Assembly (NCBI GenBank): GCA_041664445.1
Contig: JBAYKT010000004.1
Coordinates: 9,976 to 73,975 of the forward strand
Source: Patescibacteria group bacterium
GTDB taxonomy: Bacteria > Patescibacteriota > Patescibacteriia > Patescibacteriales > UBA12465
DNA length: 64,000 nt
Direction of reading: 5' to 3'
Shown piece by piece: positions 62,835 through 64,000 of this stretch. A program made the position numbers and the translations under genes. The notes beneath the pieces are model-generated. The model searched no databases and was not told the origin of the DNA. It saw only the letters and a list, made by a program, of their open reading frames with translations. Every line of letters starts with the position of its first letter. Position 1 is the first letter of the stretch.

Positions 62835-64000
62835 ATGAAAAAAGAATCAATTGAATACCAAATTCAGGAATTTCTCAAAAGTTATTTCGGTTGGGAATTT
62901 TCTCTTAAGAAAAGAGTACTTGCCTTTTTATGTCTCCAGTTCGGAGATTCGGGCAAAGGGAAATTTGCAAATGTATTTGCCAGGTGGGCGAAAGTAATTA
63001 TTCGTCCCAGTGGCGGTGATAACTCTGGACATACCAGTGTGTACAAAGGTAAGGAAGTTGTCACCCATTTAGTTCCTTCAGGAATTTTTTTTCCCGATAA
63101 AATAAATATTATTGGGAGTGACACGGTTGTTAATCCGGAGTCACTTTTGAAAGAAATTTATTATTTAAAGAGCCTGGGTGTTACTTTCCACAATTTCTTT
63201 ATTTCCTTAAGAGCTAATTTAATTTTACCGTCTCATCTTATTCTTGATGGGCTTGGTGAAAATAAAGCAGGAAAAGGAAGAATCGGGACAACGCGTAAAG
63301 GCATTGGTCCTTGTTATGCTGATCACACTGCTCGTCGCGGTTTGGTTATGAACCACCTCTTAAATCCGGAAATTTTTCGGAGTAAATTAAGGGCATTGCT
63401 TAATTATCACGAACAAGTCATTAATGGCATGGGTTGCGGTTATGAAGCCAGGCAAATGTTGGAAAAAATCAATCCCGATTACGTTAATAGCATCGGCGAA
63501 GATGGTTTATTTAATGTTGATAATATTGCGGACGCCTATTTAGCTTTTGCAACGGAATTAGCGGGATTTATCAAAAATACCGATAAAATGATTAGAGGGT
63601 TTTTGGGTAAAGAGAATATTGCTTTGGAGGGCGCTCAAGGGATTATGCTTGATGTCGATTATGGTACTGGTCAATTTGTCACTTCCTCCCATTGTACTCC
63701 GGCAGGTATGGCCAAAGGCGCGGGTTTAAAAGAATCTGATATTGATGCCTCATTTGGCATAATTAAGGGATTCTATATGACCCGGGTTGGTAAAGGGCCA
63801 TTTCCTACAGAGCTTGGAGGAGCTGATTCTGAAATCTGGTGTAATGAAAAAGGATCCAAAGCGAAAGAACTGGAAGAATATGCGGATGCTACAATTTTTG
63901 ATCCAAATCCGTTTATCCAAGGAGTCGCTTTACGGCGTCACGCTCATGAATATGGGGCAAGCACTGGACGCCCACGGAGAATCGGTTGGGCAGATTTGCC
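62835..64000 (+). CDS. purA: Adenylosuccinate synthetase (5' ~389 codons; continues past the right edge)
   Basis: Absent from the ORF track (no stop in the window). From ATG 62835 it translates to ...LQFGDSGKGK..., GGDNSGHT, GTTRKGIGPCYAD, EGAQGIMLDVDYGTGQFVTSS, STGRPRRIGW, which are all PurA signature boxes. Confidence 0.9.
   Translation, partial: MKKESIEYQIQEFLKSYFGWEFSLKKRVLAFLCLQFGDSGKGKFANVFARWAKVIIRPSGGDNSGHTSVYKGKEVVTHLVPSGIFFPDKINIIGSDTVVNPESLLKEIYYLKSLGVTFHNFFISLRANLILPSHLILDGLGENKAGKGRIGTTRKGIGPCYADHTARRGLVMNHLLNPEIFRSKLRALLNYHEQVINGMGCGYEARQMLEKINPDYVNSIGEDGLFNVDNIADAYLAFATELAGFIKNTDKMIRGFLGKENIALEGAQGIMLDVDYGTGQFVTSSHCTPAGMAKGAGLKESDIDASFGIIKGFYMTRVGKGPFPTELGGADSEIWCNEKGSKAKELEEYADATIFDPNPFIQGVALRRHAHEYGASTGRPRRIGWADL

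Noticed and set aside
1-64000. Search for tRNA, rRNA, tmRNA, RNase P RNA, CRISPR repeats, transposase/integrase genes and prophage blocks
   Set aside because: No intergenic spacer has a cloverleaf-like GC-rich ~75-nt unit, the GGTTCGAATCC-type T-arm, or the GAGGAAAGTCC RNase P box. There are no regularly spaced direct repeats, and no ORF has recombinase or phage-structural motifs. This was a by-eye scan only, so tRNAscan-SE/Infernal would be the definitive check.
1-64000. Alternative genetic code (UGA recoding as in some CPR lineages)
   Set aside because: All conserved genes read through to full family length with standard stops, including TGA stops (e.g. the GT2 gene at 26692-26694). I saw no in-frame TGA interruptions that would need recoding.

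Overview
AT-rich, very gene-dense chromosomal fragment with about 58 protein-coding genes, roughly 85% on the plus strand, and short intergenic spacers that mostly hold hairpin terminators and sigma70-type promoters. ORFs are intact under the standard bacterial code. I found no rRNA, tRNA, CRISPR array, transposase, integrase or phage gene. Several features suggest a Patescibacteria/CPR (Parcubacteria-like) genome: a DUF4012-like envelope protein, a sigma70-region-4 + HARE-HTH protein, a truncated TsaB, a pyruvate kinase lacking its C-domain, a minimal [FeFe]-hydrogenase module and scattered glycolysis genes. That lineage call is inference, not proof. Housekeeping content: greA (partial), rarA, hisS, typA, rnhB, cysS, dus, tsaB, a truncated dcw cluster (mraZ-rsmH-ftsL-like-ftsI-murF) running into rmlD-rmlA, tgt, pyk, eno, rlmN, rlmH, rpsB-tsf, gap, cca, a cyclophilin, guaB and purA (partial). 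The parts most worth a second look, in window order: (1) two diverged paralogues of an unassignable protein, 461..1489 and 40966..41841. (2) An ECF sigma, polytopic membrane protein and Met/Gly-rich secreted protein module, next to a CsoR-controlled HMA-permease-cupredoxin gene whose promoter and operator can be read directly. (3) A promoter-to-terminator unit at 14197..14465 with mutually exclusive hairpins and a 39-codon leader ORF ending PRRRLR, which looks like an attenuator. (4) An envelope island (25.7-35.1 kb) with GT2, GT4, DUF4012-like and DUF11-like proteins and a sigma-region-4/HARE-HTH chimera. (5) An 822-aa fusion of two ATP-grasp ligases followed by a CelD/FemAB-like GNAT gene. 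(6) A structured rpsB leader. (7) A gap / NuoF-like / membrane / HydA gene string. (8) A signal-peptide protein that looks like a beta-barrel, unexpected if the host is a monoderm. All functional calls come from motif reading by eye. No database search was run.
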